Below are positions 45,924 through 55,635 of a stretch of DNA of 64,000 nt, piece after piece. Position 1 is the first letter of the stretch. The number at the start of each line of letters is the position of its first letter. This DNA comes from Clostridia bacterium (lineage in GTDB: Bacteria; Bacillota; Clostridia; Christensenellales; CAG-138). The notes under the pieces are model-generated. The model saw only the letters and a program-made list of their open reading frames with translations, did no database searches and was not told the origin of the DNA. The translations under genes were made by a program, and so were the position numbers. Location: contig JAFXSG010000048.1 in the NCBI GenBank assembly GCA_017525875.1, positions 1,856 through 65,855 of the forward strand, given 5' to 3'.

Positions 45924-48610
45924 TTCCTTTTGTTTATTCTTTCTTTGATATACACGCGCACCAGCTTTTCGCAGAGCTCGGGATCTGTATTCTTAAGGTC
46001 CCACGTCCGGATCAGGCAGTTCAGCATGCAGTTTTTCGCGTGCTGTCGTTCGACCGGATCCGAAAGGCCCATCTGCGCGTCAACAAAGCGCTCCATGCCG
46101 GTATCGATGGTCTTCACCACGCAGCTTTTGGTTACCGCCGGATCCAGCGACCTTGCAAACCGCCGGAAATCGTCCGCGCCGCCCTTCGTCCACAGTATCT
46201 CCTCCGGATCTTTTCTGCACAGACGGTCACAGGCCATGCAAAGCTTCGAACGCTTGTCCGTGAGCGATTCATAATCCTTGTTTCCTTCGGTGCTTATGCA
46301 GTTTTTCGCGGTTTCAAATAAAACCTGCTCGCGCGTTATTCTGTGTTTTCCGGGTTCTTCATACGAGCCTGCGAATTTGGGTTTTACGAGCTTCGGCCTG
46401 TTATCCCCCTCGGAATATACGGCGGCGACGCCCTGCCGGAGCGACGCAAGGCTGTCTATCTGCTCATCGGTCATGTGCATCGCTCCGCCGATAAGCATGC
46501 GCTCTTCTGCTGCGACCGTTCGGTGAACGATCTTCAGGTTGGTGTTCTTGATAAGGTCCGGAGCCAGTTTTGACGGGATCTGATCCGCAATGATGAAGCC
46601 CTGGCCCTTGCTGCGCAGTTCTGCAAGCAGATTGCAGAAGAATTCGACCGCTGCCCCGCGGGGATCCGCGTTTTCGCCCGAACCGCTCTGAACGTTTTTA
46701 AGCAGCCTGTGCGCTTCCTCGATCAGCATCAGATGCCTGACCTCAAGCTGGCAGTCCTCCTGCTGACGCCTGTACTCCAAAAGATTTACCAGCAGCAGGC
46801 TTATGATGAACGCCTTCACGTCGTCATCGCCGATATCCTCAAGCTCGATCACGACGCTGCCGTTCAGCAGCCGATCCATCGGGAATGAGCGGAGCACGTT
46901 CAGCGTGTCGCCCTTCGTGCCGAGCCGCATGGAGTTCACCCTCGCCTGCAGCGATCCGATCAGGTCGTTGCGCATCCTTGTATCGTAGCCCATCTCGTCC
47001 ACGATCTCCGGGATCGCATAATAGAGGTCTTCGATCGTAGGATAAACGTCCTTCCCGTTGGCGTTTCTGTCGTTATGAATATCCCAGCCATAGTCTTCGT
47101 AGATCTTGTAGATCGCCCTTTCGAGCACGTACGGCATTGGCGTGTACATTATGAAGCTGGCCTTGAACGCCGCGTAAACGAAATCGATATGAGTCTGTAT
47201 CGGTACGGTCCTGACGTTCCCGTTTTCGTCTTTGAAAGCAGCTCGCTCAAACGGATTGATGCAAAATCTGTGGGAATGCGGCCCGACGGAGCCGACGCTG
47301 TAGATCTGCAGGTCGGAATAACCGAGCTTATAGAGTTCCCAGTATTCCTTTTTGGCGGGTTCAATGACCATGAGCGGCCGCGAGGAACCCTTTGTAAGCT
47401 CGCAGATCAGGCTTTTCAAGGTGTTGGTCTTGCCCGAACCCGTAAGGCCGACCACCAGGCAGTGCCTGTTGAATTCATTTGCATCGATGCGATACGTGCT
47501 TTCGGTCTCGACCCCGGAATCGATGATCCTGCCGATGACAAGGTCTCCGCGTTCGCTCCTGTTTACGTCAAACTCCACGTAGTCGATCACCGAAAAACCG
47601 AAAGTATCGATCGTCGGAAGAGCGGCGTAGACTGCAAGCGCCTTACTGCTCAGCATCGTTGAATACCTCGGGTACTGAATGCCGCAATAGTTATCATGCA
47701 AAAACCGAAAACCGTTAACAAGCGGTTCCCTTATCGGGCGCATGCTGTAGATCGCGTGGACCGGTTCCGGCTCAGACTCGTCGCCATAGAACGCGGAAGT
47801 CAAAAGCCCGCCGAGCAAGCATGCGTTTTCTTCGGAATCGGAGCTGAAATTGATCGTTGTGCACCATTCTCCGGAGGCTATGCCCTCCGTCAGCCTTTCG
47901 CAGAAGGCCAATGCCTTTTTGATCAGCATCTCGCTGTGGGGGTATTGCTGCTTGTAGGCGACCGTTTCGAGATTGTTCTCCGACTCCGTGAACGATACTT
48001 CCGTCAGCATACTGTACTGGGATTCAAGGCGCGTCCAATCCTGCTGCTTTGCGAGCATGTCATCATTGTGCACCGGGATGGCAAAAAGCGAGAGTATCCA
48101 TGATCTTTGGCTCATGCCCTTTATCACGGAGTCGATCTGATAAACGTTTTGATAGTTTTTATTGCCGGTAGGATCGCCCTTCAGGAAACCGCCGTACACA
48201 CAGCTGCGGCCGTCGTCGATCTCCCTATATGCAAAGAGCCTGTCGCCGTTTTCTGTTTTTTCAAACCGGAGCTGAGGGAAGACGCCCGCGAGCATTTTTG
48301 AGAGGACCTCGAGCTTTTCAACGACCGTTCCGACGAACAGGGAAATGCGTTTCCCATCGCCCTTCAGGATGAATGAATACGGGATCCCAACGCTGTATAG
48401 GCCGACAAAGAAGCTGGACATAAGGCTCCATATAGGCGTTTCATCCGCGATCCACCGCTTTGAGATCTCGTTCAGCTTGATGTAGTAATATCCCTGCGTA
48501 TCTCCGGTTTCTGTGGTTTCGTCAGTTTGGGACATCGTCATTTCACGATTCATTATCTCGTAAAAAGAACCGATCTCCGCATTGCGTTTATTGATATCGC
48601 TTCTGTTCAT
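45920..48610 (-). CDS. HerA/FtsK-clade P-loop ATPase (DUF87-like) with large N- and C-terminal extensions
   Basis: Walker A HCLVVGLTGSGKTNTLKSL. Walker B RHLMLIEEAHRLL (the hhhhEEAH typical of HerA/DUF87). GFIIADQIPSKL ... NLKIVHRT. A C-terminal Cys cluster LCMACDRLC. Confidence 0.75.
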   Translation of the reverse strand: MNRSDINKRNAEIGSFYEIMNREMTMSQTDETTETGDTQGYYYIKLNEISKRWIADETPIWSLMSSFFVGLYSVGIPYSFILKGDGKRISLFVGTVVEKLEVLSKMLAGVFPQLRFEKTENGDRLFAYREIDDGRSCVYGGFLKGDPTGNKNYQNVYQIDSVIKGMSQRSWILSLFAIPVHNDDMLAKQQDWTRLESQYSMLTEVSFTESENNLETVAYKQQYPHSEMLIKKALAFCERLTEGIASGEWCTTINFSSDSEENACLLGGLLTSAFYGDESEPEPVHAIYSMRPIREPLVNGFRFLHDNYCGIQYPRYSTMLSSKALAVYAALPTIDTFGFSVIDYVEFDVNRSERGDLVIGRIIDSGVETESTYRIDANEFNRHCLVVGLTGSGKTNTLKSLICELTKGSSRPLMVIEPAKKEYWELYKLGYSDLQIYSVGSVGPHSHRFCINPFERAAFKDENGNVRTVPIQTHIDFVYAAFKASFIMYTPMPYVLERAIYKIYEDYGWDIHNDRNANGKDVYPTIEDLYYAIPEIVDEMGYDTRMRNDLIGSLQARVNSMRLGTKGDTLNVLRSFPMDRLLNGSVVIELEDIGDDDVKAFIISLLLVNLLEYRRQQEDCQLEVRHLMLIEEAHRLLKNVQSGSGENADPRGAAVEFFCNLLAELRSKGQGFIIADQIPSKLAPDLIKNTNLKIVHRTVAAEERMLIGGAMHMTDEQIDSLASLRQGVAAVYSEGDNRPKLVKPKFAGSYEEPGKHRITREQVLFETAKNCISTEGNKDYESLTDKRSKLCMACDRLCRKDPEEILWTKGGADDFRRFARSLDPAVTKSCVVKTIDTGMERFVDAQMGLSDPVERQHAKNCMLNCLIRTWDLKNTDPELCEKLVRVYIKERINKRK

Positions 48611-48661
48611 CGCTCTGTCGCCATCCTTCCTCGCCGTTCATCAGCACGTTGCCCGGAGCTG

Positions 48662-50032
48662 TCAAAACAATCCCAGTATCAGTTTCAGTATCACAAATAT
48701 AACGACTATCGTTACGATCGCCGATATCACTTTGGAGAGCACTCCGGAGAGCAGACTGCCTGCATTCGCTCCGAACCCATAAACTATCAGCATCGCGATC
48801 ACCAGTGATACCAGCAAAATGCCGACCAGCGGGAAACTTCGGCGTTTTCCCGAACTCATTCTCGAGAGCATGCCGATCTTCGAAAACGAGAACAGAAAGT
48901 ACAGCACCGTAAGGACCGCCGCAGTGATCAGCCAAGTGGTAAGCAGTTTGCCTAACTTATCGAAAAAATTCCCGCCGGCGCCGGCTGTCAATATGATGAT
49001 GAACGCAAGCACGGCGACGGCGAGTACAGCGTACATCGTGCCGCCGACGGACCGCTGAAAATTGACCGGGCTCCTGTATCCGTTGTTGACGACGTTGATC
49101 CTGCGGGCCATCAGGACGCCGTTTTTGTATTTGCCGCTGACCTCCACCTCGGAATTATCTGCGATCAGCGAGCCGCCCGAGATCGTTCCGTGTACGTTGA
49201 CCTCCACGTCCGTGTACTTCTCATTTCCGAACGTATCGACGCCTTCCGAAACCCGGACCTTAAACCTGTGCAGCAGATCCTCGGTCCTTTGGCCGTACAG
49301 CATTGCGTCAAACAGTTTTTGAGCGAACAGTCTGCGGTATCTTCCGCCTTCAATATCCGAATTGCTGTATTGGGATACCTTGCCCTTGATCTCCGTCGGC
49401 GGGAGCTTTGACTTGCCCATGCTGAACGGCAGCGGTTTTTCCCCGTTTGAGTTTGCCTGATCCGCAAGGCCGGTGTGCTGCGATCCGCTTGGGGTCAGCT
49501 GCCCTTTATCGTCTTTGCCCGTTGGCGTCAGCGGGGGCTGAACAGGCGCAGGCCAGACAGAGCCTCCTGTGTTCCGGCTGCCCCACGTCGGTTTCGCTGC
49601 GCTGCCGGAAGGCGTGCCGCCAAACGCGGAACTCCCGCCCGAAGGAGCGCCGCCGAACGCGGGATTCTTGCCGGAAGGAGCGCCGCCAAACGCGGAACTC
49701 CCGCCGGAAGGAGCGCCGCCGAACGCGGAACTGCCACCCGAAGGAGCGCCGCCAAACGCGGGATTCTTGCCGGAAGAAGCGCCGCTGAACGCGGAACTGC
49801 CGCCGGAAGAAGCGCCGCCGAACGCGGAACTGCCGCCCGAAGGAGCGCCGCCGAACACGGGAGCGCCGCCGGAACGGGTGCTGCCCGAAGGAAGGACCTG
49901 CCTGTTCGCAAGCAAGGCGTCCGGGACCATTTCTGTCTCCAGTTTAGCCGAGCAATAGGGGCAGTTGGTTTGAGTATGGTCCTTGGTATAGGGTCTGCCC
50001 GAACACTTTGGGCAATATTTTACAACGCTCAT
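48662..50032 (-). CDS. Zn-ribbon / xAFGG-repeat / four-TM membrane protein
   Basis: N-terminus YCPKCSGRP...NCPYCSAKL (CxxC..CxxC). Eight (S/P)AFGG-type repeats, a globular domain of about 150 aa, then four C-terminal TM helices. Confidence 0.8.
   Translation of the reverse strand: MSVVKYCPKCSGRPYTKDHTQTNCPYCSAKLETEMVPDALLANRQVLPSGSTRSGGAPVFGGAPSGGSSAFGGASSGGSSAFSGASSGKNPAFGGAPSGGSSAFGGAPSGGSSAFGGAPSGKNPAFGGAPSGGSSAFGGTPSGSAAKPTWGSRNTGGSVWPAPVQPPLTPTGKDDKGQLTPSGSQHTGLADQANSNGEKPLPFSMGKSKLPPTEIKGKVSQYSNSDIEGGRYRRLFAQKLFDAMLYGQRTEDLLHRFKVRVSEGVDTFGNEKYTDVEVNVHGTISGGSLIADNSEVEVSGKYKNGVLMARRINVVNNGYRSPVNFQRSVGGTMYAVLAVAVLAFIIILTAGAGGNFFDKLGKLLTTWLITAAVLTVLYFLFSFSKIGMLSRMSSGKRRSFPLVGILLVSLVIAMLIVYGFGANAGSLLSGVLSKVISAIVTIVVIFVILKLILGLF
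49598..49870 (-). repeat. Coding tandem repeats (GGAPSGGSSAFGG / GKNPAFGG) with core GCGTTCGGCGGC
   Basis: Plus-strand gccgcc(g/a)aacgc recurs about every 45 nt. Confidence 0.9.
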
Positions 50033-50034
50033 TA

Positions 50035-51612
50035 TCAGTTGCTGTCCTTTTTCGAATTATTGCCGCCGAACGCACCGCGGTTGCCGCCGAACGCACCGCG
50101 GTTGCCGCCGAACGCTCCGGGGTTGCCGCCGTTCCCGCCGAACGCTCCGGAGTTGCCGCCGAACGCACCGTGATTGCCGCCGAAAGCGCCGCGGTTGCCG
50201 CCGAACGCTCCGGGGTTGCCGCCGTTCCCGCCGAAAGCGCCGTGATTGCCGCCGTTCCCGCCGAACGCACCGTGATTGCCGCCGAACGCTCCGGGGTTGC
50301 CGCCGTTACCGCCGAATAAGCCCTTGCCGCTGTTCGGTTTTTCATCAGCGGAAGTGCTGAAGCTGATACGCTTGGTATCATTGTTGTTGTTCTTGTCTTC
50401 GGAAAGCTGTTTGAAGCCGCCGGGGCCGCCGTCTCCGCCGCCCGGTCCGCCGCCGACCGTTGTCGGCAGCTGTACGCCGGTCGAGACAGCGTAGCACAGC
50501 GTTCCCAGTACGACCGCCCACGCAAGGCAGAACATCAATCTCACCATCGAAACAGGCAGTATCCTTGACAGGAACTCCATTATCAGCGCGCCGCCGATGC
50601 AGAGCAGGATATACACAAGAACACTGTTATTCATAGTGCTTTTAATGTTCTGTGCTGCAAGTTTTTTCATCAGCGACCAGAAGACGCCGACTATTGAAAG
50701 GAAACCGATCCTCATCGCGCAGTACAGCCCGTCTTTCTCCATCATGAATCTTGCGGAAAGCAGGTTGCGCTCAAGGTTGTTGGACGCCGCCTTTTTCATG
50801 CTTGCCGCAAGGTTTGAGGCATCGTCGCAATAGACGTAGACGCCGCCGGTCAGGTTTGCGATCCTTTTAAGGAAACCTGAGTTGCAGCCTCCGAAGCCCA
50901 CGCTGCAAATCGAAACGCCGTTGGCAACGCAGTCTTTCGCAACGTCGCGCATACCGAAAGCGGAGCTCCCGCCGTCGCTGAAAAGGATTATCCTCGGTTG
51001 ATCGCCTGCGCCGGTGAGCTTACCTGAACGCAGATCATCCAGGACCGTTCTGACCGAACCCAGGATATTCGTTCCGCCGTATGACTGGAAGTTCAGTTGA
51101 GCGGCGTCGCCGGGAGCATATTTCCCCATACCCTTCAGCAGCGTGGCCCCGGACTCGAATTTATAAACGGCATAAGGAAGTTCTGCCGAATCCTTCATTA
51201 TCTCTTCGATGGCAGAGGGCCTTACGTTTGAGCGGTCGTTTCCCGCCATTGAGCCGGAATCATCGATCAGGAAGATGTATGAGGTCGGCCGGATATCGTT
51301 TTTTCCGCCAAGTTCATACAGGAATTCGAACACACCGGCCAGCAGGAACACCAGGATCAGAACAATGGCTAAAAGCCCGATCGATCCCTTGGTGTTGCGG
51401 GCGTTGTTTGTGTTGCTGAGATCGACCTGAAAATAGCCGCAGGCCGTTACGACAATGCAGAGGATGATCCCGAAGATCAGGAAATAAAGGGCGACGCCAA
51501 GCGGAGTGAACATTTTCTGCGTCAAGGTGTTGAACAGCAGCTCGCCCAGCAGCCAGAACACCACTCCCACTATCAATGATATCAGCGGCAGCTTGATTTT
51601 GTTCTCTTTCAC
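50035..51612 (-). CDS. Polytopic membrane protein with a central MIDAS-vWA domain and a C-terminal GAFGGN repeat tail
   Basis: GTG start. Three N-terminal TM helices. vWA domain YIFLIDDSGSMAGNDRS ... GGTNILG ... IILFSDGGSS, then three more TM helices and 11 xFGG repeats. Its stop is 2 nt from the next start. Confidence 0.8.
   Translation of the reverse strand: MKENKIKLPLISLIVGVVFWLLGELLFNTLTQKMFTPLGVALYFLIFGIILCIVVTACGYFQVDLSNTNNARNTKGSIGLLAIVLILVFLLAGVFEFLYELGGKNDIRPTSYIFLIDDSGSMAGNDRSNVRPSAIEEIMKDSAELPYAVYKFESGATLLKGMGKYAPGDAAQLNFQSYGGTNILGSVRTVLDDLRSGKLTGAGDQPRIILFSDGGSSAFGMRDVAKDCVANGVSICSVGFGGCNSGFLKRIANLTGGVYVYCDDASNLAASMKKAASNNLERNLLSARFMMEKDGLYCAMRIGFLSIVGVFWSLMKKLAAQNIKSTMNNSVLVYILLCIGGALIMEFLSRILPVSMVRLMFCLAWAVVLGTLCYAVSTGVQLPTTVGGGPGGGDGGPGGFKQLSEDKNNNNDTKRISFSTSADEKPNSGKGLFGGNGGNPGAFGGNHGAFGGNGGNHGAFGGNGGNPGAFGGNRGAFGGNHGAFGGNSGAFGGNGGNPGAFGGNRGAFGGNRGAFGGNNSKKDSN
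50056..50325 (-). repeat. Coding tandem repeats (GAFGGN[HRS/GGNP]) with core GCGTTCGGCGGC
   Basis: 21-30-nt units; plus strand gccgccgaacgc(a/t)ccg. Confidence 0.9.
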
Positions 51613-51663
51613 CGATCGTTCACCTTCCTATAAGTAATCGACGTTCCGGCAGATCCGCCGGAT

Positions 51664-51768
51664 GAAAAAACGTTTTTTCACAATCTATACCGAAAGCGCC
51701 GGTCAAGCACGGCGCATTCGGTATAGCTGTTTATGCGCGTCCGCGGCAAGCAAATGCCGCGGACGCGC
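51664..51768 (-). other. Three consecutive hairpins in the 169-nt intra-operon spacer
   Basis: A 14-bp perfect stem GCGCGTCCGCGGCA/TGCCGCGGACGCGC (51735-51768). A 10-bp stem CTATACCGAA/TTCGGTATAG enclosing an inner stem (51685-51726). The palindrome GAAAAAACGTTTTTTC (51664-51679). Confidence 0.7.
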
Positions 51769-51781
51769 CCGGTTGATGGTA

Positions 51782-54700
51782 TTATAAGTCTCCGGTCTCC
51801 TTGAGGTCCTCAAGGGCTTTTGCGAAAGCCTTGAAGTTGCCGATAAGCGTTTCTGCGTCGTTCGGCCCTGCGCACTTCTTCGGAATATTGTAATACTCGA
51901 AGTAATTGGAGGATGCAAGCTGCTTTCCGATATCCCTGTTCCTTGCGGCGATATCCCTCATTGTGAACAGAGACGAGTTAAGGGCGGCATTGATGTTGTC
52001 AAGCACGTCCTGGCAAGACGGCAGCTTGGCGCCGCGGTTCTTGCTCTGATAATCATCGCATGCCCTGTCTATCGCGTCGGTCACGACGTCATTCAGCGCT
52101 TCCCTGACGAAAGCGGAGAAGACGATAAAGTCCATAAAGGGAACGTCGATCTTCTCGTTCTTCTTCTTGTAGTCGTCGAGGAAGAGGATCGGCTTGTCGT
52201 GTTCGTTGGCGCTGTACGTGCAGAACCAACCCTTATCGGGATCATTGGAGATCATACCGCACTGCCTTGCCCTGATATAGTAGCTGACGTTCCTGTCGAA
52301 CTTCGAAACGCCGGCAAGGTTTTCGAACAGGTTCATGCTCTTATACTCGTTGTACTTCTCAAGCAGCAGCCTGTGCATGACCATATCGGAACGGACGATG
52401 CGGTAAATGTTCTTGAGGTCGAACCTGTTGCCCGGCATGTTGGTCTGCCTTGACTTAAGGCTGTCGTTATTGATAGCCCTTTCAAGCCGAATCTCCGAAT
52501 AATACTTATGATTGTCCTCAGCGTTGATGCTGTCAAGCGCGTCTTTCCAGGTGTGGTCGCCTCCTCCGCTCCGGAGCTCGACGATCTTCTTTTCGATCCT
52601 GTCGATGAATTCCGGACTGGTGTCCCCAAGGACGCAGACGACGTATTTGTTGGTTGGATCCGTGTAGATATACCCGTTCTCGAGACCGAATTCGACGATC
52701 TTTTTGATCTCGTCATACATCTCTACGTCGTTATTGAACACCTTGCCGTTCTTTATGCAGCGTTTATCGTCCTGGATACGCGCAGAAAACTCGGGCTTAT
52801 TGATCGTTTGAACAAAATAGTCCTCCGTATCCTTGCCGTAGATCTCGGGAAGGTAAGTCTGCCATTTTTCCGAGACCTCGTTCAGATGACGCCCGGCTGA
52901 ATTCGAGACCAGTTTTTCGGCATTGAAATACTCGGACGCATAGTCCTTCATGTTCCTGACCATCTCGGGGGAGAAAGGCCTGATGCATTCGAATTCGGAG
53001 ATCTCGGTAATGAGGCCGTCCGCTACGCTCGTGCTGTATCCGCCGGGATATCTTTGCATCAGCTCCGCTTCGATCTCACGGTTAAGGTTGGGAGTATCGG
53101 CCAGGAGCACGATGTCAATGGTTTTGTCAAACTTGTTGGCAGCGGTGGTCAGTCTTTCATCGAAGGCAATCAGCGCGCTGCCGGAGATGGTATCCACTAT
53201 TCTCACGGCAGCTTCACGCAGCGCGTTGTTCCGGAGAATAACATTATTCCAGATATTGTTCAAAGCCTCGATATCTATGGCCTCGTTATTGCCGTTGCCC
53301 CAGACGATCTGTTCCTTATTGCCGTATACGAGCACGACGAACTTCTCGAGCTTGTCCCCGATGATCGGCTGTATCGCGTCGCTGAACACATTACGGAGTT
53401 TATCACAGAGCAGATCGGGAGAATTGATATACGTCTGCCAGTTCCCGCGCTCGTCGGCGCTGAACAGCAGATCGGTCAGGTTATTCTGGATCAGCTGCAT
53501 AGTCTCGGGATCAGCTACCATGCCTTCGAACATCTTCTCGAACAAGTCGTTCCGTTCCATCGCGCCGTCCAGATTGAACGCGTTGAGTGAGAACACGGTG
53601 CGCCTTTCCTCATGCCTGAGATAGTATTTTGCGAAGATATCCGAATCCTCGTTCAGGATATCGGCAAGGTTCATTATGATCGGAGTGTAGATCTCGAAGG
53701 TCTCGTTGCTGTATGTGCGCAGCTGATTGATCAGCATCCCGATGAACTGCTGCATGTAATTGTTTATAAAGAGGCTGTCGAAATACGCATCCGAATATGC
53801 TGCGCACGCGCCGATAAAGGTTTCGACCTCCTCGTCATGCGGGTTGGAATCCTTCTGCAGAGTTTCTTTTGCGGCCTCAAGATTGTTCTGCTGCTGCGCA
53901 AGCGCTGTATTCGCTTGCGTGAGCGCGTCCGGAAGCGTGTTATAGATATCGGTAAGGATTCCGATAAGTCCCTGGATGTGAACGTTGCCGCCTCCGTCAG
54001 TACCTGCGAGGATGACGTTCGCGCCTACGGGGCCGTACTCCTCCCAAAGATTAGCCGCCCTGCCGTCAGGCATATAGAAAGCGCTCTTGCCCTCAAGGAG
54101 CTGCTGCACGGTATAAACGATGTTGGAAACGCATGTATCAAGGCCGGTCATGGAGTTTATCTTTATCTCCGCCGCTTCTTTCGCCGCCAGGATGGATTCA
54201 TCAAGGCCTTTCATCTTCCCCAGCCACTGTGTGCCGATCCTTTGAGGATACTTATCTTTTCCGATCCTTAAGCTCTGTGAGCTGATGCCCTTTTTGTCTT
54301 TGATCGAACGAAGTATGTCATGGGCCGAGTCGATACCGAGGCCGCCGGCGATATAGTGCGCGTCATCGGTGGTGAATTTGAACGCACGCTTATAGCGCTC
54401 AATGATCTGCGCAAACGCCTTGTTCGCGACGTACGCCGCCATCTCGTTCTTCGGCAGATACACGGAGCGGTAGCCGAACGAGGAGAAGGAGTTGTTCATA
54501 AACGCGGGGAAATAGGTATTCTTTATGCCGCAGGGATCCGGATCGACCCCTGCTTCGGGAATACCCACGACGTCCGTTTCCCAGGTGCCGACGTTTCTTC
54601 CGATATTGCACAGCGTACTGATGATCGACTGGCGCTTTGTTCTGTCAACTGCGTCGATCTGCCCCGGGCGGAACATGTTGAGGATGCTTTCGGCCACGCA

Positions 54701-55615
54701 CTCGATCGTCTCTTCAAACCTGTTGACCTGAGGCGTAGCGGAGACCATGAAAGCATACCCGCGCTTGAAGATCGGCTTGCTGCAGGTCCGTTCTCCGCCC
54801 GCCGGGTCTACAACGTGCAGCGTATATACCGGTTCTATCTCTGCCTCGCTGCCAACGTTCATAAAATAGCTGAGCTCCTTCATTGCCGCATAGCCGTTCT
54901 GCTGGACCGTTTTCCATTTAGCGGCATTCTCGCCGACTTCCGGAATGGATCTCTGAACGTCCGGAGTGTAGAATATGCCGTAAAGATTTGTCGATATGCC
55001 GTCTTCCAGGCCCAATTTCTCGAGGATCATCCTAACCATATAGGAGATATCGATAAAGGTGCCGCTGCCGGTGCCGCCGGAAATACCGGCGCAGATAACC
55101 ACTTCGATAATGCCGTTTGCGGAAAAGCCTTTGATCAGGTTTTTGATCGTTTTCTCAAGCGCGGCATATTTTTGAGTACCGCAGAGCAAAACACGGCCGA
55201 CTACACGCCTGCTCTTGGCGCCGGTCTCATCGATGATCTCCGAGGGCACGTCCGTACTCAGCCAGTCCTTGACGATCTCGGGCCGGTCGATGAGCAGGCG
55301 CTGTGAATCCTTATCATACAGCTCAAAGATCTCATTGACAACAATGTTGCCTCCGTTCTCCCGTTTCAAAGCCTTGACGTCGTTTTCGTCAGTATCTATG
55401 CACATGAACTTTACGTCAGGGTTCTGTTCAAACTTGGCCTCGTAGGCGCCTTTGATCTTGCTGACGGTCTGACAGCCCGCACCGCCGATGCCGATGAACA
55501 GTATCCTGCTGTTGGTGTTCAGCTTATGCCTGTTGACCTTGCCCAGAATGCTGCCGCCTTTTTTTACGGACAGTTCTTTGAGCAGTTCTCTTGCTTCTTC
55601 CTGTGTGATAGGCAT
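51782..55615 (-). CDS. Giant (1277 aa) tubulin/FtsZ-like GTPase-domain protein
   Basis: AAGGAGAAAG RBS. The N-terminal 230 aa or so carry ILFIGIGGAGCQTV (T1-like GxGGxG), CIDTDEND, ETGAKSRRVVGRV (T3-like) and VVICAGISGGTGSGTFIDISY (tubulin signature GGGTGSG). The remaining ~1000 aa are mostly helical-looking and unassigned. Confidence 0.8.
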   Translation of the reverse strand: MPITQEEARELLKELSVKKGGSILGKVNRHKLNTNSRILFIGIGGAGCQTVSKIKGAYEAKFEQNPDVKFMCIDTDENDVKALKRENGGNIVVNEIFELYDKDSQRLLIDRPEIVKDWLSTDVPSEIIDETGAKSRRVVGRVLLCGTQKYAALEKTIKNLIKGFSANGIIEVVICAGISGGTGSGTFIDISYMVRMILEKLGLEDGISTNLYGIFYTPDVQRSIPEVGENAAKWKTVQQNGYAAMKELSYFMNVGSEAEIEPVYTLHVVDPAGGERTCSKPIFKRGYAFMVSATPQVNRFEETIECVAESILNMFRPGQIDAVDRTKRQSIISTLCNIGRNVGTWETDVVGIPEAGVDPDPCGIKNTYFPAFMNNSFSSFGYRSVYLPKNEMAAYVANKAFAQIIERYKRAFKFTTDDAHYIAGGLGIDSAHDILRSIKDKKGISSQSLRIGKDKYPQRIGTQWLGKMKGLDESILAAKEAAEIKINSMTGLDTCVSNIVYTVQQLLEGKSAFYMPDGRAANLWEEYGPVGANVILAGTDGGGNVHIQGLIGILTDIYNTLPDALTQANTALAQQQNNLEAAKETLQKDSNPHDEEVETFIGACAAYSDAYFDSLFINNYMQQFIGMLINQLRTYSNETFEIYTPIIMNLADILNEDSDIFAKYYLRHEERRTVFSLNAFNLDGAMERNDLFEKMFEGMVADPETMQLIQNNLTDLLFSADERGNWQTYINSPDLLCDKLRNVFSDAIQPIIGDKLEKFVVLVYGNKEQIVWGNGNNEAIDIEALNNIWNNVILRNNALREAAVRIVDTISGSALIAFDERLTTAANKFDKTIDIVLLADTPNLNREIEAELMQRYPGGYSTSVADGLITEISEFECIRPFSPEMVRNMKDYASEYFNAEKLVSNSAGRHLNEVSEKWQTYLPEIYGKDTEDYFVQTINKPEFSARIQDDKRCIKNGKVFNNDVEMYDEIKKIVEFGLENGYIYTDPTNKYVVCVLGDTSPEFIDRIEKKIVELRSGGGDHTWKDALDSINAEDNHKYYSEIRLERAINNDSLKSRQTNMPGNRFDLKNIYRIVRSDMVMHRLLLEKYNEYKSMNLFENLAGVSKFDRNVSYYIRARQCGMISNDPDKGWFCTYSANEHDKPILFLDDYKKKNEKIDVPFMDFIVFSAFVREALNDVVTDAIDRACDDYQSKNRGAKLPSCQDVLDNINAALNSSLFTMRDIAARNRDIGKQLASSNYFEYYNIPKKCAGPNDAETLIGNFKAFAKALEDLKETGDL

Positions 55616-55635
55616 GTTTCTTTCTCCTTTGGTGA

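Noticed and set aside
49447-50525. Multiple overlapping ORFs in both strands with RSAAERG / PPNAP / AATAVRSA repeats; also considered a CRISPR-like array
   Set aside because: These are alternative frames of the xAFGG coding repeats. The repeat units are contiguous (no unique spacers), short at 21-45 nt, and lie in frame within well-supported genes. The region is therefore neither a CRISPR array nor a set of separate genes. The same applies to 55910-56362.
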